64,000 nucleotides of DNA from Candidatus Borrarchaeum weybense (GCA_019057385.1 JAHQJS010000005.1:352799-416798), one strand, 5' to 3'; positions 47,285 through 58,449 are shown, counted from the first letter of the stretch. A program made the numbers and translations. The notes: a model not told the origin generated them from the sequence alone.

Positions 47285-48616
47285 ATGACTGAGTTTTCTG
47301 ATGAATATATTAAAAAAACATCAAGATCAAGAGAGTTATTCGAAAGAGCAAAGAAGGTAATGCCAGGAGGCGTATGCCACAATATAAGATATTTTCCACC
47401 ATATCCCCTCTATATCGATGGACAGAAAGGTGCAAAGGGATCCAAGATTTTTGATGTTGATGGCAATGAACTCGTTGATTTTTGGATGGGTCACTATGCT
47501 ATGATCTTAGGGCACGCTCCTCAACCTATTATCAATGCTCTAAAAGAGCAACTTGAATATGGGACACATTGGGGGATTGTTAATGATCTACAGGTGGAGT
47601 TAGCAGAACTGGTTCATAATATTGTTCCATGCGCCGAACTGGTTCGATTTGGTGTATCGGGAACTGAAGCGACAATGTATGCGGTGAGGTTGGCACGAGC
47701 GTTTACTAACAGAAAAACAATTATGAAAGTAGATGGAGGCTGGCATGGTGGAAATACGGACCTTTCAGTAGCCATCCATTCCCCATATAATCTGCCAGAA
47801 TCGGCAGGCCTACTTCCAGAAGCAACAAAGTACACAAAATCTTTACCTTTCAATGATATTGAGTTCGCCTCACAAATTCTTAGAGAAAACAAAGAAGATC
47901 TTGCAGCAGTAATTATTGAGCCAGTTGTTGGAGCTGGAGGTGCTATTCCTGCTGAAAAAGAATATCTGAAAGTTTTAAGGGAGTTAACAGAAGAATTTGG
48001 TGGAATTTTGATTTTCGATGAGGTGATTACTGGTTTTCGGCTGGCTTTAGCCGGTGCACAAGAATTTTACGGTATTATACCTGATTTGGCAACGCTAGGA
48101 AAAATACTCGGTGGCGGCATGCCCATTGGGGCCGTTGTTGGTAGAGAAGATATTCTAGATCTGGCAAATCCACTAAAAGAACGAGAAAAGTGGGAGTCTG
48201 TACTGATGGGAGGCGGAACCTTCTCGATAAATCCATTGACTATGCGGACAGGCATTGCCACGTTATCCCTATTACAAAGAGATGAAACCAAGATTTATCC
48301 AAAAATCAATGCGATGGGTTTAAAGGCTAGACAAGGCCTTGAAAAGGCGTTACTTGAGCAGAATGTAAAATGCACAGGAGTGGGGTCATTTTTTCAGGTT
48401 CACTTCCCATTTCAAGAGGCAGTAACTCTAAAAAGTCCAAAAGATATAGAGACGCTTACTGATACCAAGAAAAGGGATCATGAATTTAAGCTAAGATTAC
48501 TAAATAAAGGATTCTTTGTGATGCATGGCGGCGGTGCTGTTTCCACGGCACATAAAGAATCAGAAATTAACCAGTTGATTGAGGCTGCGAGTGTCATTGG
48601 ATCTGAAATGGAATAG
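47285..48616 (+). CDS. hemL: glutamate-1-semialdehyde 2,1-aminomutase-like class III aminotransferase
   Basis: MPGGV, SGTEATM, FDEVITGFR, DLATLGKILGGG.P. Confidence 0.8.
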   Translation: MTEFSDEYIKKTSRSRELFERAKKVMPGGVCHNIRYFPPYPLYIDGQKGAKGSKIFDVDGNELVDFWMGHYAMILGHAPQPIINALKEQLEYGTHWGIVNDLQVELAELVHNIVPCAELVRFGVSGTEATMYAVRLARAFTNRKTIMKVDGGWHGGNTDLSVAIHSPYNLPESAGLLPEATKYTKSLPFNDIEFASQILRENKEDLAAVIIEPVVGAGGAIPAEKEYLKVLRELTEEFGGILIFDEVITGFRLALAGAQEFYGIIPDLATLGKILGGGMPIGAVVGREDILDLANPLKEREKWESVLMGGGTFSINPLTMRTGIATLSLLQRDETKIYPKINAMGLKARQGLEKALLEQNVKCTGVGSFFQVHFPFQEAVTLKSPKDIETLTDTKKRDHEFKLRLLNKGFFVMHGGGAVSTAHKESEINQLIEAASVIGSEME

Positions 48617-48756
48617 ATGCGTGGTTACGCAAGGAGAAAAATATTTGGCGAAATCAGGCGTTTCGTACACGCTGTTATAACGACCAAAGTTTTCGCCAGC
48701 ATGACATGAATATCAATCAATCGGAAAATCTACAGTTTCTTCTACTACGTAATTTT

Positions 48757-50040
48757 TTAACGATAATGAAGGTTTCTGGCGGCAATAACTTCGGTTCCAC
48801 TTTTAATGAGTGCTTTAGCAGTATTATTTACAGCGGTATGTCGGTCAAGATAGTTTTGCATAAGATAATCCCAAATACCTTCTTCGGTTATCTGTTCTTT
48901 GGTTTTAAAGTAATCAAGGATATCAGAAGGATAGTCTCTTGTTTTCTCTATTTCAATAGGCCCTCCTTCATGTTTAGCACTGATATTTTTTACTTTTTTA
49001 GCTAATTCTACTAATTCTGTGGTTCTATCATAAGGCTGTCTAACTATAGATTTCCAAGTTTCAATGATATGATGTTCTAATCTGACGACATCTTCAAAAC
49101 CAAATTCTTTTCTTATATATGCACTTAACTCTATAGTCGTATTATCAACCGCGTTAGATAAGTTAAAACCAATCAATGGCGAAGTGCCATCCTCTCGAGC
49201 AAATAGTTTAGCAGTCATTAGAGTCCATATCACAGAGTAAGGATTGTCGTTTCCCATATAAACAGAGATTTTGAATTCATTATTAATACCAAGTTTGTGA
49301 AGGAGGTAGCCTAATAGTACAGTCCCTGGATTAATGTTTAATACTTGTTTTATACCATAATTCGTATAGTAGTAGAGGAATTCATCAACCCACTTTAACG
49401 CAAAATCGTTTGGTTGTCCGACTCCTCCAAAATAACCCGTTATTGTTTCAGGTCCACCTAAATGAACATTCACTGGAAGACCATCAGGTCCTGGAGCTGT
49501 ACCTTTTGTGTCTAAGGTTTCTACGATAGAGCATCCCATAATATCTACAGCGGCTGTCATAGCTAAAAGATCTCCATCTTCCTCTTGCTCCTTCATTTTT
49601 CTTACTCTGATAAAACGTCCTGGCATTAGTTCTTGTTTTTCTATCATCTCTTTTGAGCCCTGAATTAGAAAGGGGAAATATTGACATGCTGAGAGTTCTA
49701 AAGTTACTGCAAAAGTTTTATCAGCAGTGATCATGTCATAATCATCTCCTAACACTTTACGTTTGTAATCTTCATAACTTATGAACGCGTTAGTATCCCG
49801 TCGTTCCATTAACCAGTTTAAATCATTGACATATTCTGGTTTTTTCGTTTCCAGTTTTTGTAAGATATTGTCTAGTTTTCGAGCTTCGGCTGCTTTTTTG
49901 TTTATTTCTTCCACTCCACCATACTTCTCTATAACTTGGAAAAGGTCATTTATCAAAGGATTATTCTCATCTAGAAGGAATTTTTGAACTGCTTCAAAAT
50001 TCTGCTGGGAGATTTTTAATTTCTCTCTTAAATTACCCAT
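48757..50040 (-). CDS. conserved hypothetical protein
   Basis: Long ORF, GGAGG SD before ATG 50040; enzyme-like stretch HLGGPETITGYFGG; function not recognised. Confidence 0.75.
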   Translation of the reverse strand: MGNLREKLKISQQNFEAVQKFLLDENNPLINDLFQVIEKYGGVEEINKKAAEARKLDNILQKLETKKPEYVNDLNWLMERRDTNAFISYEDYKRKVLGDDYDMITADKTFAVTLELSACQYFPFLIQGSKEMIEKQELMPGRFIRVRKMKEQEEDGDLLAMTAAVDIMGCSIVETLDTKGTAPGPDGLPVNVHLGGPETITGYFGGVGQPNDFALKWVDEFLYYYTNYGIKQVLNINPGTVLLGYLLHKLGINNEFKISVYMGNDNPYSVIWTLMTAKLFAREDGTSPLIGFNLSNAVDNTTIELSAYIRKEFGFEDVVRLEHHIIETWKSIVRQPYDRTTELVELAKKVKNISAKHEGGPIEIEKTRDYPSDILDYFKTKEQITEEGIWDYLMQNYLDRHTAVNNTAKALIKSGTEVIAARNLHYR

Positions 50041-50070
50041 ATAAAATCCTCCAAATATCTGTAATTTCAT

Positions 50071-50116
50071 AATTTACCTCGCACGGAGACCCTCCAACTT
50101 CATGGGGGTAGTTGAT
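50071..50116 (+). mobile_element. minimal collapsed palindrome of the HEARO-element family
   Basis: TCAT|AATTTACCTC..GGAGAC-hairpin-GGGGTAGTTGA. Matches both ends of the 39658-40036 element (reverse complement TCAT|AAGATTACCTCAAGGAGAC ... GGGGTAGTTGAC). Confidence 0.7.
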
Positions 50117-50404
50117 TTTTAACATCCTTATGTCAACATATAACATAGTGTTTCTAAGATAAAAGTCTGACGGGACTTTGTCGTTCAAAATAACTGCCAT
50201 TTATTTTTTGTGAAGATTATTATTTTTTTTAACGAATGGAACGACAAGGGCAATTGTTAATGAGATATATGCGATGAAATTCAATATTAATTGCATGCAT
50301 AATTGCATTAAAAGTGAAGTGAAATCATTCGAAGCCATCTTTGTTCGAATTCCAGCTATGCGACTTAATTTCATTAAAAAAAAGAAGTTATTTGAATCGA
50401 TAGA

Positions 50405-51091
50405 TTATCCACTAATTTTTCCATCTCTCATTTTAACAATTCGGCTTGCATACTTTTTCCAAGTTTCATTGTGGGATACAACGACGATTGTACTGTTTTG
50501 TTCTTTGTTAAGTTTTACTAGCAGTTCAAAGAACTCTTCACCAGCTTGGGTATCGAGATTGCCTGTCGGCTCATCTGCGAAGATCACCCTCGGTGAATTA
50601 ATTAATGCACGTGCAATAGCTGCTCTTTGCTGTTCTCCACCACTGAGCTGATTTGGTTTATGATCCTTTCTGTCAATCAGGTCTACTGCACGTAAAACCT
50701 CATAAGCTTTTTCCTCGATTTTCTTGTTTTTAAACTTTGAAGGCCATAATGGGCATGTTATATTTTCAAAAACAGTCATATCTTTGACTAAATTGAACTC
50801 TTGGAAGACAAACCCAATTTTTTCCCGTCTCAGCTTCGGAAATTCCTTCTCATCAATTTTGTCTGTGTCCATCCCATCGAATATGACTCGACCTGTACTT
50901 GGTTGATCAAGTCCTGCCATAACATTCATCAGTGTAGTTTTTCCACAACCAGATGGACCAACGATTAAAAGGAAATCTCTTTCTCGGACTTCCATATTGA
51001 TATCTTTGAGTGCAACGACTATTTCTTTACCTCTTTTGTATTCCTTACTTACTTTCTCTACCAAAACCACTGGAACTGACACTATAATCAA
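50405..51091 (-). CDS. ABC transporter ATP-binding protein (LolD/MacB-like)
   Basis: GPSGCGKT, GFVFQ, LSGGEQQR, ADEPTGNLD. Confidence 0.92.
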   Translation of the reverse strand: MIIVSVPVVLVEKVSKEYKRGKEIVVALKDINMEVRERDFLLIVGPSGCGKTTLMNVMAGLDQPSTGRVIFDGMDTDKIDEKEFPKLRREKIGFVFQEFNLVKDMTVFENITCPLWPSKFKNKKIEEKAYEVLRAVDLIDRKDHKPNQLSGGEQQRAAIARALINSPRVIFADEPTGNLDTQAGEEFFELLVKLNKEQNSTIVVVSHNETWKKYASRIVKMRDGKISG

Positions 51092-51100
51092 CTCCTTAAT

Positions 51101-51643
51101 CTATAAGGCTCTAAAAGCTTCCATTGGCCTAATATTCAGTACACGCCAATAAGCTATTAGTACACCAGGTATTTGAAAGATTACAATGATCACGAATGTG
51201 AGAATAAGTGTACTTCTGGTTAATATTAAAGTGCTAACGTTCACTAAGAATGAAATGTATTCGTTAATGCCTAAAAGATGAATATCCATTTCTACTAGTA
51301 AGATATAACCCACTAAAGCCACCAATAGAATTTCGCTTATTATAAGCATTCTTACATTGTTATTTCCCCATCCAATAGCTTTCAAAACCGCAATATCTCT
51401 TTTTCTAAAAGTTGAAATGAGGAATCCATATAGAGTAGAGACGATAGCACTACCTATCAATGTGCTTGTCAGCCTAATTTGTGCTTCAGTTAATTGCCCG
51501 CCTAGGCTAAATCCTGTGCCACTTACAGCATTTAGGTTTATGGCTATTAACCATGCTAAGGCAGAATAAACAACAACAAATGATATGAAGCGGATTTTGG
51601 ATCTAGTCGCTAGTTTCATGCCTTGCCAGAATATATTGACCAA
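51101..51643 (-). CDS. FtsX-like ABC permease (short)
   Basis: RKRDIAVLKAIG and P.EAFR motifs. Confidence 0.8.
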   Translation of the reverse strand: MVNIFWQGMKLATRSKIRFISFVVVYSALAWLIAINLNAVSGTGFSLGGQLTEAQIRLTSTLIGSAIVSTLYGFLISTFRKRDIAVLKAIGWGNNNVRMLIISEILLVALVGYILLVEMDIHLLGINEYISFLVNVSTLILTRSTLILTFVIIVIFQIPGVLIAYWRVLNIRPMEAFRAL

Positions 51644-51845
51644 TTGTTGTTCCTCCTCAAAGATCTTGTTGTAAACTGTTTCAAATGCAATTAGAGAATT
51701 GTATATCTTCTTATGATTAGTTTTGCACCGTGCCTAATATAAGCTGCGGTGAGCATCCTTTCAACAGAAGAGCATTAGTAATTCAAGAGGCTGACAGATC
51801 TGATTTTCATAAAAAGATGAATCTTAAATCGCATGCAAACTATTT

Positions 51846-53321
51846 TTAAGAAAAAGTCGCTAATTTTTCTTTTACCTGTTCTAAGAAAGCTATCAAAGAT
51901 GAAATTTTATTCATTAATTTTTCCAATTCCTTTTCCTTGTTCATAATAGCAGAGCGTACAGTATCAGGAGAGGGACCGCTTATTATCTTTCTGGATTTGA
52001 CACTCTCCATTGGATCTATAGCTTGAATGAGTTTATTAAAATCAATATCAAGTTTGTTGTTGATAGTTTCAAGACATATTTTGTCAAATAGGTTTTTGTC
52101 TAAATCGGTTAGTTTTTTTCGCCCCATTTCAAGAAGCGCAAGTACGATATTGCTTACTAATCTATGTGTGGTTCTAAAAGGAAGTTGAGTGTGAGAAACT
52201 AAGAAATCGGCGAGATCAGTTGCAGTTATAAAACTGTTTACACACATTTCCTTCATTCTATTTTTATTAACGCTCATGCCTTCGATGCATTCAGTCAGCA
52301 TATTAACAGAAGAATAAGTAATTTCGAATCCATGCCATAGATATTTTGTTAACTCTTGCAGATCTAAATTATAACTTAAGGGAAGCGCTTTTATCATTGA
52401 AAGACTTGTCATTAGATCTCCGAAGACGGTTGCTGCTTTTGCTCTTATTAATTCTGGAACGGAAGCATTTTTTTTCTGGGGCATAATGCTGCTTGTTGAT
52501 GTAAACATGTCAGGCAATTCTAAATAACTAAATTCAGAAGTACTCCAAAGAATCAGTTCTTCTGAGATTTGGCTGAGATATAGCATTACCATTGAATAAA
52601 TTGAGAGTACCTCAAGTAAAAAATCTCGTGATGCTACTGCGTCAATTGAGTTGTCCATTAACTTGTTAAAGCCAAGTAACTCAGAAATTCTTTCGCGTGA
52701 GATGGGGAAAGTAGTTGTGGCTAAGGCCGCAGCGCCCATTGGGCACACATTCACCCTAGGAAAGGCATCTATAAGCCGATCTACGTTCCTAAACAATGCG
52801 TTAACATGGGAGAGAAAATGATGCGCTAGCGTTATTGGCTGCGCGTGTTGAAGATGTGTATAGCCTGGCATTAGGGTATCAACGTGCACTTTTGCAAAAT
52901 TGAGAAGAGTCTTAATAAGGGCAACAAGATTTTTTGCTACAAGAAGTATATCCTCTCGAGTAACTATTCGGAGAGCAGTATTTTGCTGATCATTACGAGA
53001 TTTCGCTGTATGAATTCTTCCTCCGATATCTTCTCCTATTTTCTCTATAACTCTAGCTTCAACGTTCATATGGGCATCTTCCAGCATTGGATCTAGTTCC
53101 ATCTCTGGATCTAGCGCATTTAAAGCCTTCAAGATTTGTTTTGATGTCTTATCGTCAATAATGTTACATTCAACTAGCATTATGCAGTGTGCTTTGTTGA
53201 TGTCAATCACAGCATTGACCAGTCTTCTGTCGCTGTCGATAGATGAAGAAAAATCAGCGATATCCTTTGGTTGTTTCCCTAGCCGCTTATGTCGTAGAAG
53301 ATCTACTGAAGAATCGTCCAT
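51846..53321 (-). CDS. argH: argininosuccinate lyase
   Basis: HTAKSRNDQ, MPGYTHLQHAQP, SSIMPQKKN. Confidence 0.95.
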   Translation of the reverse strand: MDDSSVDLLRHKRLGKQPKDIADFSSSIDSDRRLVNAVIDINKAHCIMLVECNIIDDKTSKQILKALNALDPEMELDPMLEDAHMNVEARVIEKIGEDIGGRIHTAKSRNDQQNTALRIVTREDILLVAKNLVALIKTLLNFAKVHVDTLMPGYTHLQHAQPITLAHHFLSHVNALFRNVDRLIDAFPRVNVCPMGAAALATTTFPISRERISELLGFNKLMDNSIDAVASRDFLLEVLSIYSMVMLYLSQISEELILWSTSEFSYLELPDMFTSTSSIMPQKKNASVPELIRAKAATVFGDLMTSLSMIKALPLSYNLDLQELTKYLWHGFEITYSSVNMLTECIEGMSVNKNRMKEMCVNSFITATDLADFLVSHTQLPFRTTHRLVSNIVLALLEMGRKKLTDLDKNLFDKICLETINNKLDIDFNKLIQAIDPMESVKSRKIISGPSPDTVRSAIMNKEKELEKLMNKISSLIAFLEQVKEKLATFS

Positions 53322-53345
53322 GTGAACACCTAATAGTTTGAATGC

Positions 53346-54545
53346 CTAATGTTCTTTCGCATTATTATTTCTTGCGACTACGGTTGGAAGTCCCCATAGT
53401 TGGATGAAATTAACGGCCTTCTTTTGGTCAAAAGTAGACAGTTCTTCATATGTAGCAAGGTCATAGTCATAGAGCGAATTCGGTGACGTCCTTCCAACGA
53501 CTATTTGATTTCCTTTATAGAGTTTTACTTTTACTGCACCATTTACAAGGGTCTGTGTATTGTTTATAAAAGCCTCTAGGTCATCTTTTAGTGGATCCAT
53601 CCACAGACCAGTGTATGCAAGTTCAGTCCATTTTTGATCTATTATAGGTTTAAAGTAATTCTCGTGACGAGTGAGTACCATTTTTTCTAAATCAGCATGT
53701 GCTTCTAATAGGATCATTGCAGCAGGACATTCATAGATTTCTCTTGATTTGATACCCACAAGCCTGTCTTCAATGTGATCAATACGTCCAACACCATGTT
53801 GGCCGCCTATTTCATTTAATTTTGCAATTAATTCAACGCCATTCATTTTCTGATCGTTAAGGGAAACGGGTGCACCTTTTTCAAAACCTATGGTTACATA
53901 TTCTGGTTCATCTGGGGCTTTGGTTGGATCAGTAGTCAGTTTAAAGATATCCTCTGGAGGCTCCTCCTCTGGATATTCAAGAATTCCACACTCTATAGAG
54001 CGTCCAAACATGTTTTCATCAATAGAGTAAACACTGTGGGCGTCCGTTGGAATCCCGTGTTTCTTAGCGTATTCGATTTCGGCTGGGCGATCAAGATCCC
54101 ATTCGCGTACGGGCGCTATTATTTTGAGTTTAGGATTCAACGCTGTTGTACAGATGTCTATACGAACTTGATCATTACCTTTTCCGGTACATCCATGCGC
54201 GACCGCGTCAGCATCTTCTTTTTTTGCAATTTCCACGAGTTTTGTTGATATAAGCGGACGAGAAAGCGCTGCATCTAACGGATATTTCCCTTGGTAGAGT
54301 GCATTTGCTCTAATGGCAGGTGTGATATAATTATCAAAGAATTCCTGTTTTCCATTAATTTGATAGTGTTTCTCTACTCCTAAATCATACGCGCGAGACT
54401 CAGCCGCTTTGAAATCCTTTGGCTGCCCTACATCAATAATGACCGTTACTACATTTGCCGTATATTTTTCTTGTAGCCATTTCACACAAACAGAGGTATC
54501 AAGCCCTCCGCTATAAGCTAAAACTACTTTTTCAACATCTTTCAA
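53346..54545 (-). CDS. argG: argininosuccinate synthase
   Basis: LAYSGGLDTS, HGCTGKGNDQVR, GIKSREIYE. Confidence 0.96.
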   Translation of the reverse strand: MKDVEKVVLAYSGGLDTSVCVKWLQEKYTANVVTVIIDVGQPKDFKAAESRAYDLGVEKHYQINGKQEFFDNYITPAIRANALYQGKYPLDAALSRPLISTKLVEIAKKEDADAVAHGCTGKGNDQVRIDICTTALNPKLKIIAPVREWDLDRPAEIEYAKKHGIPTDAHSVYSIDENMFGRSIECGILEYPEEEPPEDIFKLTTDPTKAPDEPEYVTIGFEKGAPVSLNDQKMNGVELIAKLNEIGGQHGVGRIDHIEDRLVGIKSREIYECPAAMILLEAHADLEKMVLTRHENYFKPIIDQKWTELAYTGLWMDPLKDDLEAFINNTQTLVNGAVKVKLYKGNQIVVGRTSPNSLYDYDLATYEELSTFDQKKAVNFIQLWGLPTVVARNNNAKEH

Positions 54546-54988
54546 GATTCAAACCTCCTTTAGTTGTAATATCATTTCTGTAAAACTTTAAATCTTCCAT
54601 GAACATGAATAAAACAAGTTCAATACGCGATAGAATTTTTATCTCAGAGAAAAAATATATTACGTCCTCTGAAATGGAAGAAAATATGTAAAAAAAAGTG
54701 CCGAAGTTATCTAGTTCGAGTGCGATCTCCTGGGTACCTCATACCCGTCATCTCTGCAGTATTTATAATCTATCTATCGCTTTTTAGCAATGATGATGCT
54801 ATGCCATTTATAAATATTCACCTATCAAAAACGCGCGCAACAAAGCATAAAAGTAAGTTTCAAAAAAGGTTATCAAAACATAAAGTCTTCAGTTCGAATG
54901 TTTATCTAATACTAAACTATAGCATTTCTGCTGACCGTTAATTGATTTCTGGAGCGGGGCGATCAACTTAATTAGGCGGTAAAAGGCT

Positions 54989-55333
54989 ATGTCGCGTGAT
55001 GAAAAAAATGTAAAGATTATATTTGAATATTCTGGTCATACAACCGAAAAAATCTTGGCTAAATCTGAAGCGAAAGAATTAGAAATTATGGCGGTTTCAG
55101 GAGTATTCAAAAGACTTATAAGAGAAGTGTTGCGTGTTACACTCGCAATTTTAGAAAGTAAAGAGGATAAGATCAAGAAAAAAGATTTAGTCAGGGGACG
55201 CGGAGGAGACAAATACAGAGCGATAAAATACCTGAAAGCAGAAGCTATAATCGAGGACAATAAAGGAGTAATTACAATACAAGACCTCGTAAAATTAAAA
55301 GAATTAAAGGATGAACTTTCCGATCTAGTATAG
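54989..55333 (+). CDS. hypothetical protein, possible winged-helix C-terminus
   Basis: RAIKYLKAEAII..KGVITI resembles a wHTH wing. Confidence 0.5.
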   Translation: MSRDEKNVKIIFEYSGHTTEKILAKSEAKELEIMAVSGVFKRLIREVLRVTLAILESKEDKIKKKDLVRGRGGDKYRAIKYLKAEAIIEDNKGVITIQDLVKLKELKDELSDLV

Positions 55334-55353
55334 CGTGTTAAATTTCTTTTAAA

Positions 55354-56346
55354 TCAGGTAAGATGTGGCAAGAATGGTACATCCTTCATAGTAAGAAAAC
55401 CTGGAGGGGCATCCATCACAGCCTCGATCAAATTCACAACTATTGCAACTGTCGCATCGTCTCCAAATAACCCATTCTGAATCTTAATGTCAATGTCTGG
55501 TTCCCCAAAAATCTGTGTTCTATCATATTGTTCTTTTGCATCAATTTCCATTCTGAGCACTAATTTTATTAAGTTTTCTCCATTTTTAGATCCTATTGCG
55601 GTCTGAAAAATTCCGGCGACTTCGCCTGGCTCGACTTCGAAATATTCTGTTTTTAATAGTTCTTTGGCGATTACGGGTTCAATTTTCTCATCTATAACTA
55701 GGTCCCAGCCAAGTGTATTTGCTATCATTACCAAAGATTCAAGAAGCCCTACATGTCCTAATTTCTTTTCCTCGACTTTCTGCTGAAATTCACCTACCGT
55801 AAGCCCAGTACCTATCTTTCTTTGAAGTGGTTCGCGGCGAAGAGATGCGTTCACTATTCTTGTTACTTCAACTCGATTGACATTCTTACATACTGTAGTA
55901 AGGAAAACAGGTAACACGTCCATCACGAAGCCCGGGTTTACACCCGTTCCAAGTACAGTGACTCCAAATCGTTTAGCTTCGGCATCAATTTCGTCAGTGA
56001 TTCGCGCATTAAAACCAATCGGATACGCTAACTCTTCACAAGTTGATATTACATTCATTTTTTCCCGAACACATCGAAGTATTTGTGGTTTAATATCTAC
56101 TAAACGAGATGTTGTAGAATGTAAAACAATATCCGCATTGCCTTCACATATCGCTCCAATAGGATCTTTAGACACGATTACGCCTAATTTATTGATTCCT
56201 AATACCTCACCAACGTCCTTGCCTGCAATATCTTCATCAGTATCAACTGCGCCTGTAAGTCGCTTCTCTTTGCCTCTTTTCAAAAGAAGTTTAACTATTT
56301 CTGTCCCAATCGATCCCATTCCATATTGTATAACTCTTATAACCAT
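55354..56346 (-). CDS. DapB-like / 2,4-diaminopentanoate dehydrogenase-family oxidoreductase
   Basis: QYGMGSIG Rossmann motif, NVISTCEEL, GTGVNPGF.MD. Confidence 0.85.
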   Translation of the reverse strand: MVIRVIQYGMGSIGTEIVKLLLKRGKEKRLTGAVDTDEDIAGKDVGEVLGINKLGVIVSKDPIGAICEGNADIVLHSTTSRLVDIKPQILRCVREKMNVISTCEELAYPIGFNARITDEIDAEAKRFGVTVLGTGVNPGFVMDVLPVFLTTVCKNVNRVEVTRIVNASLRREPLQRKIGTGLTVGEFQQKVEEKKLGHVGLLESLVMIANTLGWDLVIDEKIEPVIAKELLKTEYFEVEPGEVAGIFQTAIGSKNGENLIKLVLRMEIDAKEQYDRTQIFGEPDIDIKIQNGLFGDDATVAIVVNLIEAVMDAPPGFLTMKDVPFLPHLT

Positions 56347-56456
56347 GAAAAATCCACCCATTCATTATATAGTCATAAGACTTCTATTAATAAATTTGGT
56401 ACAACATTTATTCCAGATTATGTGATTGCTTATGATTAATTGTTGGAGGGCTTATA

Positions 56457-56732
56457 ATGTCGGTAAGAGCCCATGTTTGGGTGTCTGGAAGAGTTCATGG
56501 AGTGTTCTTTCGGGCAACTACTCGTCGAGTTGCAAAAAGATTTGGACTAACAGGCTGGGTAAAAAACCTTCGTGATGGACGAGTTGAAGCTATCTTTGAA
56601 GGCCCACGAGAAAAAGTGGACGAAATGATCAAATTTTGTCACGAAGGACCTCCAACTGCAATTATAAAGAACGTTGAGGTTAAATGGGAGGATCCTACCG
56701 GAACGTTTGATGATTTTGATATAGCGTTCTAA
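56457..56732 (+). CDS. acyP: acylphosphatase
   Basis: GRVHGVFFR, GWVKNL.DGRVE, GPP.A. Confidence 0.92.
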   Translation: MSVRAHVWVSGRVHGVFFRATTRRVAKRFGLTGWVKNLRDGRVEAIFEGPREKVDEMIKFCHEGPPTAIIKNVEVKWEDPTGTFDDFDIAF

Positions 56733-56773
56733 ATCGTATTAAAATACGAGGTGGACGTCTCATATGACTGAAG

Positions 56774-57508
56774 ATGATCCTTATGTCATCGTTTAGTTCA
56801 AAAGTAATTGAAGATCCTTCTTTGCGAAATAAAACTCGCATATTCAAGGATCGAGAACATGCTGGTCAATTGCTTGCAGATAAACTTGAAAGTTTCACTA
56901 CTAAAGATACTGTGTTGTTAGCAATACCTGCAGGTGGTGTCCCAGTTGGTTTTGTCATCGCGAAAGCATTTCAAATCCCTTTGAATCTGATTATCTTACG
57001 AAAAATCAAAATTCCTTGGAATCCTGAAGCTGGTTTTGGGAGTGTCGCACCCGATGGTACTGTTTTTCTAAATGAGCCCTTGGTTAAACGGCTAGGATTA
57101 ACAAAGGATGAAATTGAACGTTCTGCTGCTGAGACTCTCAATGAGATCAAAAGAAGACAACAACAATTTGGAGTTGAATTTCCGAACGTTAAAGATAAAA
57201 CTGTTGTCCTTGTAGATGATGGCTTAGCTTCTGGCTTTACTATGATCGCAGCAATTAATTTCGTAAAAAAGTATTCTTCAATGGTTATTGTCGCAGTCCC
57301 AACTGCACCCTTAGGAACGGTCCAGCGTGTTGCCCCACTTGTGGATAAACTTGTATGCTTGAATGTCCGTGAATCTTGGGTTTTTGCGGTCGCAGATGCA
57401 TATCAAAAATGGTATGATCTTAATGATGACGAAGTTAAGGGATATCTCACCAAAGCTGCTAAAAATATCTCATCAAAAATAGAAAAAAAGAGGGAGTTTA
57501 CGCCTTAG
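56774..57508 (+). CDS. phosphoribosyltransferase family protein
   Basis: FKDREHAG, VLVDDGLASGFT. Confidence 0.88.
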   Translation: MILMSSFSSKVIEDPSLRNKTRIFKDREHAGQLLADKLESFTTKDTVLLAIPAGGVPVGFVIAKAFQIPLNLIILRKIKIPWNPEAGFGSVAPDGTVFLNEPLVKRLGLTKDEIERSAAETLNEIKRRQQQFGVEFPNVKDKTVVLVDDGLASGFTMIAAINFVKKYSSMVIVAVPTAPLGTVQRVAPLVDKLVCLNVRESWVFAVADAYQKWYDLNDDEVKGYLTKAAKNISSKIEKKREFTP

Positions 57509-57855
57509 CGGAAATGATCTCTAACAGTCCATAGATAAATCACAATAATTACTGGAATTATTATTCCAAAGATAGGACTGAAATCACCATAAGCAACCGC
57601 TGATCCGATTCCCGACACAATTGAAATGATATTCAGTATTACGATGATCCACCACGCCCACATTTTGAGGTTCCACAGTGCAAAGGTCACAAGAAATGAT
57701 ACTATACCTATGACAAGAAACACCGCTCCGACAACTGCTAAAAGTGGGATAAAGAGTCCGCCTAAAACCATTATGGCGCCGAGTGCAATTAACGCAATAG
57801 CTCCGATCCATGAAAGGATACAAATGATCGTTACTCCTAGAGGTCTATCTGCCAT
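57505..57855 (-). CDS. small 4-TM membrane protein (RPxGVT family), copy 1
   Basis: MADRPLGVTI...LKMWAWW...VRDHF. Confidence 0.75.
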   Translation of the reverse strand: MADRPLGVTIICILSWIGAIALIALGAIMVLGGLFIPLLAVVGAVFLVIGIVSFLVTFALWNLKMWAWWIIVILNIISIVSGIGSAVAYGDFSPIFGIIIPVIIVIYLWTVRDHFR

Positions 57856-58092
57856 TTTCCTCACACCTGTTTTTGAAAATTTTCTGATAATTATAACTTT
57901 TTACCTACCATTATAAAAAGTCTTCAGTATAGGATGAAATCTGTCTTCTAGCTTGTGATTAAACACATCTTAATCACTTAGGAAATAGTCATTATGTCCG
58001 TTAATGGCCAGTAAACCACGATACCTGATGAAAACTACTCTTTCAGATATTTTAAAATAAATTATAAAAAAAAGGAGAGCTAAAAGTTGATT

Positions 58093-58449
58093 TCATCTGA
58101 AGTGATCTTTGACAGTCCAGAGATATAGCACGATGATTACCGGAATAATAATACCGATAATAGGACCTGCAGAACCTTGAGATACTGCTGAGCCAATGCC
58201 TAGCACAATCTGGATAACATTTAAAATTATGACAAGCCACCATGCCCACATTTTAAGTTGCCAAAGCGCAAAGGTTACAAAGAATAATAATATGCCAATG
58301 ATGAGTATTGTTAAACTCAGTACTAACCCAAGTCCTGAACTAATCGCAATACTTGCAATAGCACCAATGGCGCCTAATCCGATAAGTATTATAGCTCCAA
58401 TCCATGAAAGGATACAAAGAATTGTTACGCCTAATGGTCTGTCCGCCAT
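58093..58449 (-). CDS. small 4-TM membrane protein (RPxGVT family), copy 2
   Basis: Tandem paralog of 57505-57855. Confidence 0.75.
   Translation of the reverse strand: MADRPLGVTILCILSWIGAIILIGLGAIGAIASIAISSGLGLVLSLTILIIGILLFFVTFALWQLKMWAWWLVIILNVIQIVLGIGSAVSQGSAGPIIGIIIPVIIVLYLWTVKDHFR

Noticed and set aside
48648-48698. TGGCGAAA...TTTCGCCA inverted repeat
   Set aside because: Single copy between convergent genes; most simply a 3' stem-loop.
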